A stretch of DNA of 64,000 nt, taken from the NCBI GenBank assembly GCA_964187785.1, contig OZ076411.1, positions 37,820,001 to 37,884,000 of the forward strand. The letters are read 5' to 3'. The notes beneath the pieces are model-generated. The model did not search any database. It had not been told where the DNA came from and worked only from the letters and a program-made list of their open reading frames with translations. The DNA comes from Amphiscolops sp. MND2022 (Eukaryota). The translations under genes and the position numbers were made by a program. Below are positions 12,477 through 24,707 of the stretch, one piece after another. The first letter of the stretch is position 1, and each line of letters starts with the position of its first letter.

Positions 12477-12625
12477 TGCCTATAATGATTTATATGTCTT
12501 CATATTTTGATTCTTTATAGATGAAGTGTTGATGTCTCCTTGGTATGTCCCTTCTAATGAATACTTGCATTTATTGAAAAGCGTTTTAAGCCGCAGGAAA
12601 CAAAAGAATTGGCGTCCAGAACAGA
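12477..12625 (+). mobile_element. LTR-like segment plus PBS-like TGGCGTCC, related to the Mag-type LTR at 16853
   Basis: TGATTTATATGTC..AAGTG.TGATGTC..TTGGTATGT.CC...AATGAATACT shared with 16865-16950; TGG at 12610; integrase-like IFSRFGMPKII follows. Confidence 0.55.
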
Positions 12626-13489
12626 AATCTTTTCAAGGTTTGGTATGCCCAAAATCATTGCCACAAAATCAGTGTACAATTCCATTGAAAAACTTCACTT
12701 CAGTCTGCGTAAGCAACTACGAGAACTCGTCCACGCCGGTCCCGGATTCACCCTGAACCCAGAGTCTGTCAACAGTCAAATGACGTTTACAGCTATCTCA
12801 GGTCTGGATAACTGTTGAAGACAAGAATAATCCTGTAGCACGATCTGTTCAACAATACTGCTTTTACCCACAGAAACAACGATGAACCTCAAAATGTAAT
12901 TCAGCTATTGGTTCCATCACCAAAACTTAGAAACCTATCCGGCATAATGTATTGTCAACGAACAGGGTCACCGAAGATAGTGAAAGACTTGAGAACATTA
13001 AATTGCCCAATCATTCAAATCACTATTGACATTTTGAGCAAATCAGAGCATCGCAGTGAAGTTCTTACTGAGAAATACAGAGCTTTGCATCAATCCAGCC
13101 ACCTCGAACTTAGATCTCTCGGTGTAGTCCTACATTACAACTCGAGCTTGGGGAAGATCTTGAATGCGAGAGGCACCATGAGAAAATTTCAACGAGCAGC
13201 GCAGAGAGGATAAGAGACAAAGAGAATACAACTAAAGGTGAGCTTTTAAATTCACGGACTAAGAGCAGGAGTTTTCACCTCATAATAGCTTTCCAAGTTA
13301 AAGGTGAGCCATTGGAGTCTTGGACTCAAAGCCTCGTTAGTGATTCTGACTCATTGAAGCACTAATTGTTCGAACTAATTTTTTAAATAGTAACCATCAA
13401 ATTCATTGGGTAAACCAGAATTGAACCTCAAGGAACCCCATCAAGCACTGATAAGGCTCAAGGCGTTCGAGATGCGAGCGCGTGTTGAA

Positions 13490-16400
13490 AAGAAAAGAGA
13501 CCTGTATCTAGTGGACCGCCAGCCGTTGCTACCGTAGCAGAAAATTATCAGGCGACTGATTTCTTCAGGCGCCAATGCGGCCTCGCAGCGGTGATAATCC
13601 TCAGTAGCCTCGTCGTGCCCAGAAACAAAGAAGATATGAATTTCGTAGACAACAGTAGGGATCTCAAATTACTTGATACCACAGGAGAGACTGCTTGTTG
13701 CAGAACGTACTGGCTTCCTTTAAATGTCTCAAGGGGAAGAAGACGCAGAAACCAATTTTTTTGCTAGGCTCCGAGAGGCTTCGTGTTGTTGCAAGTTTGC
13801 GACCAGAAAGCTTCTCCACATCCTGGAGCTGAATTGATCCGATTACAACTTTTAGCCGGCGTACGAGACAGTGAAACCAAACTCAAGTTACTTGACGAAC
13901 TCAGAGCAAGCAACAACTTGACGACTGAAGAGCTGCCTCAGCTCATTCAATAAAAAGTCCAGGCCAGGAGATTTGCTGAGCACTCAGTTCATTAGTCAAC
14001 TTCAAGAGTAGTTGCCTACGCGAAAAAACGTGACCCCATTATTAGTAAAGATCAGAGTTGCCGTCAGAAACCAGAACTGTGTGAGCGATGTGGATGAAAG
14101 TCATTCCCCTCAAATTATGAGTGCCCTGCTAGGGATGAAAACTGTTACAATTGTTCGAAGCAAGGACACTACTCCAGAATCTGCAAAGCTAAAGAAAAAA
14201 AAGCCTCGCGAACTGAAGGGAAAACCTACCGAAACTCAAATGCTTCAGTGTACCACGTTTGTGAACAACAAGAATTTAAAGAGCCCTCTTCATCTGAAAA
14301 AAAAACAAGAAGTATGCAGATCAAATTGCGACTGTAAAGGATGTCCATCACATTGGAAGAGAAGTTGAATTTCATAGCATCAAGCTAAAGGATCATGACG
14401 TTCGAATGAAGAAAGACACTGGTTCTTCAGTGACCATTGAGTCAACAAAAGTTTGGCGGGGAATTGTTTCTTCAACAATGAGCAGTAACCCCCATTGATT
14501 AAAGCGTACGTTGGACATTGAATGCAGTACTTCGGTCGTGTCTAAAGGGTGAGATCCCATGGGAGAAGAAAAATCTTTGCATTGACGTTGCATTTATCGA
14601 GTCCGAGAAAGATTACGGAGCTTTAGGCAGAGTAGTACCCCAAAAAGATCGCATTCACAACGCGCCTTTATCTGTCATAAAAGTTCCGCCTGCCATCAAA
14701 AGAGTTAAGGCCACTATCAAACTGAAGCCTGACGCAAAACTTTTTTGGTTGCGCTAGGAAAGTTCAACTTGCCTTGGAAGCCTTTGTCAAGGTTGAATTG
14801 AATTCGTGAAACATCAGGCACATGGAATCACTGCTCCAGTCGATCCAGGCTTTTTTATGAATGCCTCGTCGGTCGTGTGGCAAGGGAAGAGCGCCAGACC
14901 TTTTAGGTTTTGTGCAAACATCAGAAGACTACCCGCTTCTCGACATGGAAACAGTATTTCACGAGCTTGAAGGATGGAAGTTTTTTTTGTCAAGGCTGAG
15001 GCTGACTTATCATTTGCTTATTATCAAATAATGCTAGATGATGAAGCGCAAGATATTCGACTCATCAACGCAATGCTTGGTCGCTTCAGTTACTACGACA
15101 AGGAATGAAAAACGCATCGGAAATGTTCCAGCGAACAATCAACAACTCTCTCAAAGAGTTGGTTGGAACAATTTGTCTTCGGACGACCTACTGGTGTAAA
15201 GAAGAACAAGAAGTCAATGTGAGAAGCGTTGGAGTGCAGTTCACGATCGCCTGATTTACAAGGGGTTCACCATTGATGAAATCAAGCCTGTGAATATCAC
15301 GGAGAAAATCATGTTTCTCGGTTTCACTTTTTAGGGAAGCCAGATTTAGCCCGATGATGGCCATGTCAACAAAGTCAGGAAAATCCAACCTCTTCAAAGT
15401 GTTTGGAAAATCGAACAGTTTAGTGGATTGGTAAACTTCTTTGACCGGTTCATCCCAAACTTCACATCAAAAATTGCCCCAATTCCTGATTTGATGTCGG
15501 AGGGTCAGTTCCAGTGGACTAAAAATGTCAACGTGCATTCGGAAGGTTGAAGTTGGAGTTAGTTGAAGTCGAAGATGTTGTTCAGCCCTTCACTCTGATA
15601 AAGGAGTAACGATCAACACTGTTGCGTCGGAGAGTCCCATTGAAGGAGTCCTATCTCAGGAAGAGGACTGTGTAATTGATGTACCAAAGATGTTATCTCT
15701 AGCTGAGCAAAGGTACTCTAACATTGAGCGTGAAGTCCTAGCGACTTTGTTGTGGTAAAACGCTTGAAGCACTTTTTACTTAGCCGAAAAGTTAAGTTCG
15801 AGTTTTACCATCGTCCTCTGGAATTCATATCTGCCCCAAACAAGGAACCCCCAAAAAAACATATCAGCAAGAACGACAAAGTGAGCAACTTCGCTTAAGG
15901 CCTTTAATTATGAGATTAAATACAAAGACGGTTCTTCGCTTCTTCATGCCGACTCTATGAGTCGACTGAAATTTGATCAGGCTAACGAAGAGTGCAATGT
16001 AATCAATTACTCAAGTCCCAATTTCAATGAAATCTGTTTTCACCTTGTGGAGCATCAACTCATTCCATTCGATGAGTTGAGGAGTATATGTGAACGCGAT
16101 GAATTGGCGGAGCGAATTATCAGGCGTGTAATTGATGGCAAATGGAAAGCATGTACGCAAGCATAGAGTGTTTTTGAAAAAGTTATCTGGTTTCCTCACA
16201 GTCGAGAACGTGCTGCTACACAACGGAACTAGACCTTAAATTCCACCAAGAATGCGGATCATCTTCATTGAACGTGGTCATCATACTCACGCTGGTGTCA
16301 AGGCAACTAATATTATTGTGAACCGCTTGTCTTGGTGGCCTGGGGCCAGAAAAAATTAAAAAACTTTCGTAGTTGCCAGCTCTGATTGTGCAAAAGTGCT

Positions 16401-16984
16401 CTGAACGAATTGAAAAATTGGTCGACAAGGTTGCCAGATGCACAGCCATGGGTGAGACTACACAAAGATTGGGCTAATATCCAAGAATTAGGTAACATTC
16501 TTAATTTTGTCGATGCTGGTTCTGGTTGAATAGGAGCGTTCGCTATTGCCCCGCGGAAAACGTCATACAGTGGCTGTCCGCCATGTTTGGGAGATTTGCG
16601 GTCCGATTCGTTTTCGACAACGCTAAGGAATTTATTAACGACGAAGTTGTCACGCGGTTACAGGCTCAAGGATGCACCAATTTGGAACGCCCGATCTACG
16701 ATCCGAGGAAATGGGCTTGTCGAACGGGCTGTGCAGACTGTGAAAAAATCAATGAGAGCAAAGAACTCGTCTCTTCGTGTCAGTTTCTATGCATTTCTGT
16801 ATCGAGTCCTGTTCATACACCGTAACAATTATGAAAACTCTCGGAAGGGGGATGACGTGTACACTGATTTATATGTCTTTGTATATTTCCTTATTTTATA
16901 TAAAGTGCTGATGTCAATTTGGTATGTGCCTTTCAATGAATACTCGCTTTTTTAACAGTGTTCCACTCCGCCGGAATTACGACA
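13490..16984 (+). mobile_element. Decayed Mag-like Gypsy LTR retrotransposon (gag-PR-RT-RH-IN, 3' LTR)
   Basis: Double knuckle CERC..CPARDENCYNCSKQGHYSRIC (~14080-14190); protease KDTGSSVT (~14410); RH YSNIEREVL (~15715); IN H.GV...WWP..CQLC, VDAGSGW, FDNAKEF, NGLVERAVQTVK; PPT GGAAGGGGGA 16843-16852 then TG...CA (16853-16984); many frameshifts. Confidence 0.85.
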
Positions 16985-17329
16985 ACTTTGAGGAACGCAA
17001 CTCACTGGACCCCATCCCTGAAACAAGGATGATCAATCGTCATAGTATGTGAATTAATTCCCTTTTACTATAAATAAAAGGCTCTATTAAGGACATAACC
17101 AGCACAATTCGGACAATTACAAGGAATAAACCAGGAGCATGTGTTTTCAACAGAAAATTTTTTGACGGAGGCAAAAAGAAATGACTTTGTGTTTGTTTTA
17201 AACAGACTTTCACAGTCGGTGAGTTTTACACTTTTCCAGAGGAAAGTGCAACAAAACTTCGGGAACGCTGTCTACTCATTATGCTGTGACATTTGCGCCT
17301 GGTGGTTTCACAGAAAATGAACCAATTCG

Positions 17330-17960
17330 ATGATCCAAAATATAAAAGAGGCATTGAATTTCTCTTGGAAGTGTGGTTGGTTGAAGCTCAAAGTTCGTCC
17401 AAAAAAGGCGAAGTTCGTCGTCAGGTATTTCGATTACATTCTTAGACTAGTTAAAATCTTACAGGTCAACTCCACTATAAACGCAGTAAACAAAATGCTT
17501 GTAATATCGAGTTCACTATTGACCAAGAGCAAGAAAACTCGAATCTTTTCTTGGATATGTTATTGTACTCAACACCGACCGACACTGAGATTCTTTAATA
17601 GTGTGGCTCTGACGAGGTACGAAAAGAATTTTGTCGATGGAACTGTTCATAGAATCAAGCAGACAACATCTAACTGGCAAATCTTCCGCGATGGCATAGA
17701 AAAAACAAAAAATGGGAATCGAATCACCACCATCCAACATATTTCTCCCAAAATATAGTCAAAAACCGTGACAAACGTGGTTTCCTCTGAAAAATCAACC
17801 CGAGGGTCGTGAGATATCAGACGGAACAATCGAGAAATCAATACGCCAACCTTCATGATGGTGTACAGAGGCATCGAGAGTGACCTTTCTGCGGAAAATT
17901 TACAATCGAATAAGGGTTTTTGCCATCTTCACAACGAGAAAATTCAAGTAGTGTCTCCCA
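17330..17960 (+). mobile_element. Penelope-like element remnant, RT C-terminal part (left of LTR insertion)
   Basis: VALTRYEKNFVDGTVHRIKQTTSNWQIF is Penelope-like; rejoined empty site reads CLPSGKSPF..SRVFYE. Confidence 0.7.
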
Positions 17961-19517
17961 TGTTACGACTCCTGTTAGGGTCGTTGTTCTGTACATTTCT
18001 GATTATTTTTGTTGCTTTTTTGAAGGACATTCTTCTTTTCTAGCTTCTCTTGATGAAAAGATTTTCGGAATTATCAATTTTGAATTGAAGTTTGCAGAGT
18101 AATTATTTTGACAAAGTAGAGTTTGATACAAGACAGCAGATTGAATCAGAAATTGAATTGAATACGTTTACAGGTACAAGCTATATATACCCTCCTAGCA
18201 TCATCTGTTCATACTCGCGTACTTTCATTTCCATCGAGATATTAGTCACTTCCTGTAATTTTGCGGTAAAACTTTGATCTTCGTCAGCATTTCGTCAATT
18301 TTTAAGACACGGCAATTCTAATCTAGTATTAGACATCAATCATGATCATATCATTTCATTCCGGCGTCCTTTTGTTTCCTCCCAAGCAGGAAGTAGATAT
18401 TACTTCAGTCTGTCAAACCGGAAATACTTCCCCGTTTTTCTGCTTTGGTTCGTAAGAAACCGACGCGGAGATGACGCTGACGTGAACAACTAATACCTGA
18501 TTTTGAAATTCCACTTGAAGAAAATTATGACTAATTATCTTGATTTAGGCAATTTGGTGATGCTAAGAGAGTGACTGATTTACATGAGGCTAAACAATTA
18601 TATATTTCAACAATTGATAAATATTTATCTGATTAAAGTTAGGAGCAACACCTTTGAGCAACAATAAAAGACGACGTGACATCGTCAAACAGCATATGAA
18701 CTTATGAAATTAGGTAGTCAAAACGTACATTTAAAATCCAGCTTGGACTTCACTTTATTAACACAAATTGAATATAAACTGTGACTTTTCAATGTAAATC
18801 GTATTCAAACACTGTTATTTTGAGTAAATCTGAAAAATCCAGGCTTAAATACCATGTTCCGTTCGAATTGAATCTTAGTCGACGCAATACTGACGTAGAT
18901 TCAAAATTTGGTTTGGTTAGTTAAATTTCGACGTAGTGTTGACGTTGATTCATATTCTAGCTTCGATTAGGTTTACCGTAGTAAAATAAAGCTTCTTTTA
19001 AATTTAATACAGACTAAAACGCCTAATTTTATAAAATTGGGACGTAGAGTGGACGTAAATTTGGTATTACACTTAGTCCGCCATTATAGTGGACGTAGCG
19101 TGGACGTCAATGTGGTGTTTTGGATGGATTAAAACAGCTAATTTGATGGATTTGCGACGTAACGTGGACGTACGTATTAGTATTAGACTTAGTCCGCCGA
19201 TATAGTGGACGTAAATTTGGAATGAAAATTAGCTAGCTGCCATAGCTGTGACGTCATATCGTCGTCTGATTTGGAATACTTTCTAGCTAGTTGCCAAGTT
19301 AGACGAGATGCTGACGTCACATTTTGGAATGAATTTCTCACTAGCTGCCAAGTTAGACGACATGCTGACGTCACATTTTGGAATGAAATTCTAGCTAGCT
19401 GCCATAGCTGTGACGTGGCGTAGTCGCGACGCAAATTCAATCGTATTGGCGAAGCGGTGACCTATATTAGTTTTAGTTTGCTTTTGATTCAATCCAGTCC
19501 GGGCGCGGACTGTGACA
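17961..19517 (-). repeat. 3' LTR of the non-autonomous element
   Basis: About 10 substitutions versus 21312-22868 counted by eye (~99% identity). Confidence 0.95.
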
Positions 19518-20439
19518 GGGCCACTCTCATAGGACGAATGGTTTTCAGGGGCTTGATAAAATGAAAGAGATGATGTCAGGGAAGTATTTTACCGTCAATT
19601 AATTGGTTATCAAATTGTTTTTGTTTTCTTTAGTCCTAAATTTTGACGTAGTTTCGTTCTTTTTGCGACAAGTAATTCCAATGATATGTCTCGGTTGTAT
19701 TTTTCAGGAAAATGATTAAAATTCTACTGTCATCACTACGCATGTCCGGAAATGTGTGAAATTATCTCGGAATGTTTTTAAGTTCTGAAATCATTCATAA
19801 TTTAGATTTTGATGGTTTTAACTTGTCACAGTTTATTTCAGTTTAATAAGATAGTGTAACTGTTTTCATAATGCATCCATGATTACGTCCAAACTGCGCC
19901 TCTTGGCAACCACAATCCAGGCCGGGCGCGGACTGTGACAGGGCCACTCTCATGGGACGAAGATATCTCGTGGGGTTGTCGAAACTGAAGAGAGGATTGT
20001 TTTGGTTGTACGCTTTCCCAGAGGAATGTGACATTTCCGGTACCAATCTGTAGTTCGGTATAGCACTTTTTGGGAGGTGGTAGAAGCTGTCTTTTAATTC
20101 CTTTATAGTCCCAGGTGTTGACGCTTTGCCAACGTCACGTTTTTATTGGCCTCGACTTAAATTAATTCGTTTGACCAAAGTTGTCAACGTTTTGCTGACG
20201 TCAAGTTCGTTAGCATAGCTAACTTTTGAATTTGTCACCGTTTTGATGACGTCATTATAGATTATAGGTTTAATTCTTAACCCTGATAACCTTTGTGTCG
20301 ACGTTATGCCGACGTCAATTTCGTTGGTAATTAGCCAACTTTAGGTTTTGTCACCGTTTTGATGACGTCAATTTTGTTAGCGATAAGCCAACTGCAATTT
20401 TTTGCGGTCACTGTTGACGTCATGATGACGTCGTATCAG

Positions 20440-20630
20440 TATTGGGCTGTTATAACCCTGGTCATTTGCGACGTCAATACTGCGTCGTCTTTGTATATGG
20501 GTTGTTATAACCCGGTCATTTGCGACGTCAATCTTGCGTCGTCTTTGCATATGGGCTGTTATAACCCGGTCATTTGCGACGTCAATCTTGCGTCGTCTTT
20601 GTATATGGGCTGTTATAACCCGGTCATTTT
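20440..20630. repeat. 54-bp tandem repeat, ~3.5 copies
   Basis: Unit ATGGGCTGTTATAACCCGGTCATTTGCGACGTCAATCTTGCGTCGTCTTTGTAT. Confidence 0.9.
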
Positions 20631-21299
20631 CAGATCAATTTGGTCTTAAAAGATCATGATCTGCAAAGTGATAATTAGACTCATTTTTGTTCTCTGAGGG
20701 AGATGTGCGTATCGGTGACGCCGACGCGCTGGTTATTCAACAACCCTTAGGTTTGTAACATTCCGCGTTCCATTAAGCTTTTTTGAATCATACGAAACTG
20801 CAGATAGGCCTTTTCTGCTTTTGTATGTTCATAGCTTAGATTTTCTGACTAGTCGATTCGGGAATGTGTGCTTCAGTGACTACGTCTTTGTCATCTTTCG
20901 AACGCACATCTCGGCCTCAGGAAGAGTCTAGTTTTTCTTTTTTTTATACTTACCGATGTGAGCTAATTCACCCGACTCTGGGCAAAGGTAACGCCCCAGG
21001 GGTATGTTGCCAGCTTTTGGAACCTCGTGTTGTGGTAAACAATGTCTTCGGCAGGTGTTGGATTGCATCTGACGATGTACTGGCGGGTTGAGTGTTGCTG
21101 GTGTAGTCGTCGAATTTTAACTCGTTTATCATCAGTCGGTCAACAAGTAGTCTCCATTTGCCGTTTGGGTTGCGTTGCTCAATTAGTGTATGTTCGTCTT
21201 CGTTTCTGGGGCGAAGAGTTTCCGCAATGTGCAGGGACGCTCTTTGGACGGTAGTTTAAGCTGATGTTTTCTTGGGTACATTTGTTGAAAGGTCCAAAA

Positions 21300-21311
21300 C
21301 TCCTGTCACCA
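21300..21311 (-). promoter_or_regulatory. Primer-binding site (tRNA-Leu-like)
   Basis: TGGTGACAGGAG abuts the LTR end; one mismatch from the TGGTGTCAGGAG complement of a tRNA-Leu 3' end; primer identity is inferred. Confidence 0.7.
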
Positions 21312-22868
21312 TGTTACGACTCCTGTTAGGGTCGTTGTTCTGTACATTTCTGATTATTTTTGTTGCTTTTTTGAAGGACATTCTTCTTTTCTAGCTTCTC
21401 TTGATGAAAAGATTTTCGGAATTATCAATTTTGAATTGAAGTTTGCAGAGTAATAATTTTAACAAAGTAGAGTTTGATACAAGACAGCAGATTGAATCAG
21501 AAATTGAATTGAATACGTTTACAGGTACAAGCTATATATACCCTCCTAGCATCATCTGTTCATACTCGCGTACTTTCATTTCCATCGAGATATTAGTCAC
21601 TTCCTGTAATTTTGCGGTAAAACTTTGATCTTCGTCAGCATTTCGTCAATTTTTAAGACACGGCAATTCTAATCTAGTATTAGACATCAATCATGATCAT
21701 ATCATTTCATTCCGGCGTCCTTTTGTTTCCTCCCAAGCAGGAAGTAGATATTACTTCAGTCTGTCAAACCGGAAATACTTCCCCGTTTTTCTGCTTTGGT
21801 TCGTAAGAAACCGACGCGGAGATGACGCTGACGTGAACAACTAATACCTGATTTTGAATTTCCACTTGAGGAAAATTATTACTAATTATCTTGATTTAGG
21901 CAATTTGGTGATGCTAAGAGAGTGACTGATTTACATGAGGCTAAACAATTATATATTTCAACAATTGATAAATATTTATCTGATTAAAGTTAGGAGCAAC
22001 ACCTTTGAGCAACAATAAAAGACGACGTGACATCGTCAAACAGCATATGAACTTATGAAATTAGGTAGTCAAAACGTACATTTAAAATCCAGCGTGGAGT
22101 TCACTTTATTAACACAAATTGAATATAAACTGTGACTTTTCAATGTAAATCGTATTCAAACACTGTTATTTTGAGTAAATCTGAAAAATCCAGGCTTAAA
22201 TACCATGTTCCGTTCGAATTGAATCTTAGTCGACACAATACTGACGTAGATTCAAAATTTGGTTTGGTTAGTTAAATTTCGACGTAGTGTTGACGTTGAT
22301 TCATATTCTAGCTTCGATTAGGTTTACCGTAGTAAAATAAAGCTTCTTTTAAATTTAATACAGACTAAAACGCCTAATTTTATAAAATTGGGACGTAGAG
22401 TGGACGTAAATTTGGTATTACACTTAGTCCGCCATTATAGTGGACGTAGCGTGGACGTCAATGTGGTGTTTTGGATGGATTAAAACAGCTAATTTGATGG
22501 ATTTGCGACGTAACGTGGACGTACGTATTAGTATTAGACTTAGTCCGCCGATATAGTGGACGTAAATTTGGAATGAAAATTAGCTAGCTGCCATAGCTGT
22601 GACGTCATATCGTCGTCTGATTTGGAATACTTTCTAGCTAGTTGCCAAGTTAGACGAGATGCTGACGTCACATTTTGGAATGAATTTCTGACTAGCTGCC
22701 AAGTTAGACGACATGCTGACGTCACATTTTGGAATGAAATTCTAGCTAGCTGCCATAGCTGTGACGTGGCGTAATCGCGACGCAAATTCAATCGTATTGG
22801 CGAAGCGGTGACCTATATTAGTTTTAGTTTGCTTTTGATTCAATCCAGTCCGGGCGCGGACTGTGACA
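21312..22868 (-). repeat. 5' LTR of the non-autonomous element
   Basis: Direct repeat of 17961-19517; followed on the minus strand by the PBS. Confidence 0.95.
21532..21543 (-). promoter_or_regulatory. TATA box in LTR (also 18181-18192)
   Basis: GGGTATATATAG about 220 bp before the LTR 3' end, upstream of the LTR ATG. Confidence 0.55.
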
Positions 22869-23040
22869 TCCCAAGCGGGAAGAGTCCTTTCAAACATTTC
22901 TGTGAAAGTCGCGTCTTCTACGAAAAGCAATATCCAGTATGCAACGCCTGCTATTCGTCACAGCTGAAACATGTAAGGCTGATTAATGGTTTTAATCCTG
23001 AATGCCGCAAACACTTGATGTGGAAGATTTGATAGATAAC
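22869..23040 (+). mobile_element. Penelope-like remnant, GIY-YIG-proximal part (right of LTR insertion)
   Basis: SGKSPFKHFCESRVFYE...PVCNACY resembles the linker/CxxC before the GIY-YIG nuclease. Confidence 0.65.
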
Positions 23041-23885
23041 TTTGAAGAAATAATTTCAATATTTGCCCTAGATAATTTCAATTCATGACACTATTGAAAG
23101 TCCCGTGAATGTTTCTTTCAAGATGTTTTTTTTCCATTTCAAAGGGGCAGAACACCTGTGAATATGAACCATCCCTGTGTTATTAAATACTAAATACCAA
23201 TCACACACCAAACAGGTTCCTGTCTGACGCAGTTTTGATGCAGAATTCAAGAAAACGCAAACTGTGATTGTTGTATTCTCATAAAACAGAGGATTTGTAC
23301 TAAAAGTAGTATTGTATCCTGGTATCTCAAATCTATACACGTCGAGAAGTTGGCACTGACAATTGAATTTCTTTGTAACACAGAGTCCATTGCGTTTGTC
23401 AAGTTAATCTTCAGGAAGCGCCTGCTCACATGGCATATCTCTGCCTTATCATGGGATATCTCGCTTTTTTGCGTACCCTTAGGCAGCCGTCTTTTTATCA
23501 CATAACTTCTCGACATACATCCTGCTCCGCTTCAAGTTTGACAAAAGTTCATCTACATCTGCGTGAAATCGCATCTGTTCAGGTGTCTCAAAATTGGGTG
23601 TTTTGGTCCAAACGATGGAAGTGTGTCACCTCTTTCTTGATTGTTTCTTTATATGTTTTGTCTCAGCCGAAAAATTTTGTAGTTTTCCATTTAGGTTGTA
23701 GCATTGATATGCTTCTTGCTGTTTCAAAAAAGTTCGGTCACTGATTGAATAGGGTGATTTGCCTCGATTGGTAGCACAAACACAAATTGACTGAGTTTCA
23801 TTTAGACACAGCTAAAATTGTTTCGCTTAGTTGCGATTTTGGACCAAGTTTTTGTCAATTGTGTTTTTTGTTTATGATGAACGTT

Positions 23886-24330
23886 AACAAGCCGGGAACG
23901 GCCCAAGTCGGCGCCATATCTAAGGCTCAAAAAGACTCGAAAACGAAAACCACTTTTTCTACAACTGGAGACAACAAAAGCTCTCAAAAAACTAAAAATT
24001 GAGAAAAAAAATTTCCGAATTTTTTTTTGATTTTTTTTCGAAGTTTCCGGTAAGTCGCATAGTGCCGAAAATGTAAAAGGGGGACGCTTTTTCTCATGTT
24101 AGACGCTTTGGATGCGTTGAAAATGAAGTATTAAGTACATATGGTAAAAGTTGGTAAATGTGCATTAATTGGATTGATGCATAAAAAGTGGACGTTACGC
24201 GTTGAACTGACGAAAAAAAACTAGCCACTGTAAAAGTCGGGATTTTCTTCAAAAACGCCGACTAAAAATTACGGCTTTTTAACTGTATGGATGTTTTCAA
24301 CTGTGGAATCTTCGAGATTGTGTTTGCTGT
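23886..24330. repeat. Repeat family B member
   Basis: AACAAGCCGGGAACGGCCCAAGTCGGCGCCATATC matches the inverted 7240-7280; CCGGTAAGTCGCATAGTGCCGAAAA matches ~9378. Confidence 0.7.
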
Positions 24331-24707
24331 TCTTATGTAAGATTTCGAAAAAGTAGCAGATTTGAAGTTGCCATACCTATATGCGTATCTCATGTGTGTT
24401 TAACTCAAACAATAAAAACAATAGTTACGATCAGAAAAAGAAAACCGCGTTTTTGAATTTTAGGAGCAGAAAATAACTGCGTGTTCGTTCTTTTAAGATT
24501 TTTGATCTTCAGAAAGAAAACACACCACCGTATCAACTATAAAACCAGAAGCGTCTACTTCCAAAAGTACGCCGATAAGTAGCCGTAACAATTGCTTTTA
24601 TTAGACCTTTAACAGCTCATCAATTGCACGCATTGTTTTAGTTTATGCGCTTAATGAACTCTTATAACTACATATGTATTGTATAAAGATGAAAATTTAG
24701 TTTTAAG

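Larger units (their letters stand above)
17961..22868 (-). mobile_element. Non-autonomous LTR retrotransposon (LARD-like), 4908 bp, young
   Basis: Two 1557-bp repeats; termini TGTCAC...GTAACA on the minus strand; 5-bp TSD TCCCA (17956-17960, 22869-22873); PBS TGGTGACAGGAG directly after the 5' LTR; no long internal ORF. Confidence 0.95.

Noticed and set aside
18092-18277. Identical short ORF pairs (18092/21443, 19189/22540) as duplicated genes
   Set aside because: They are frames within the two LTRs.
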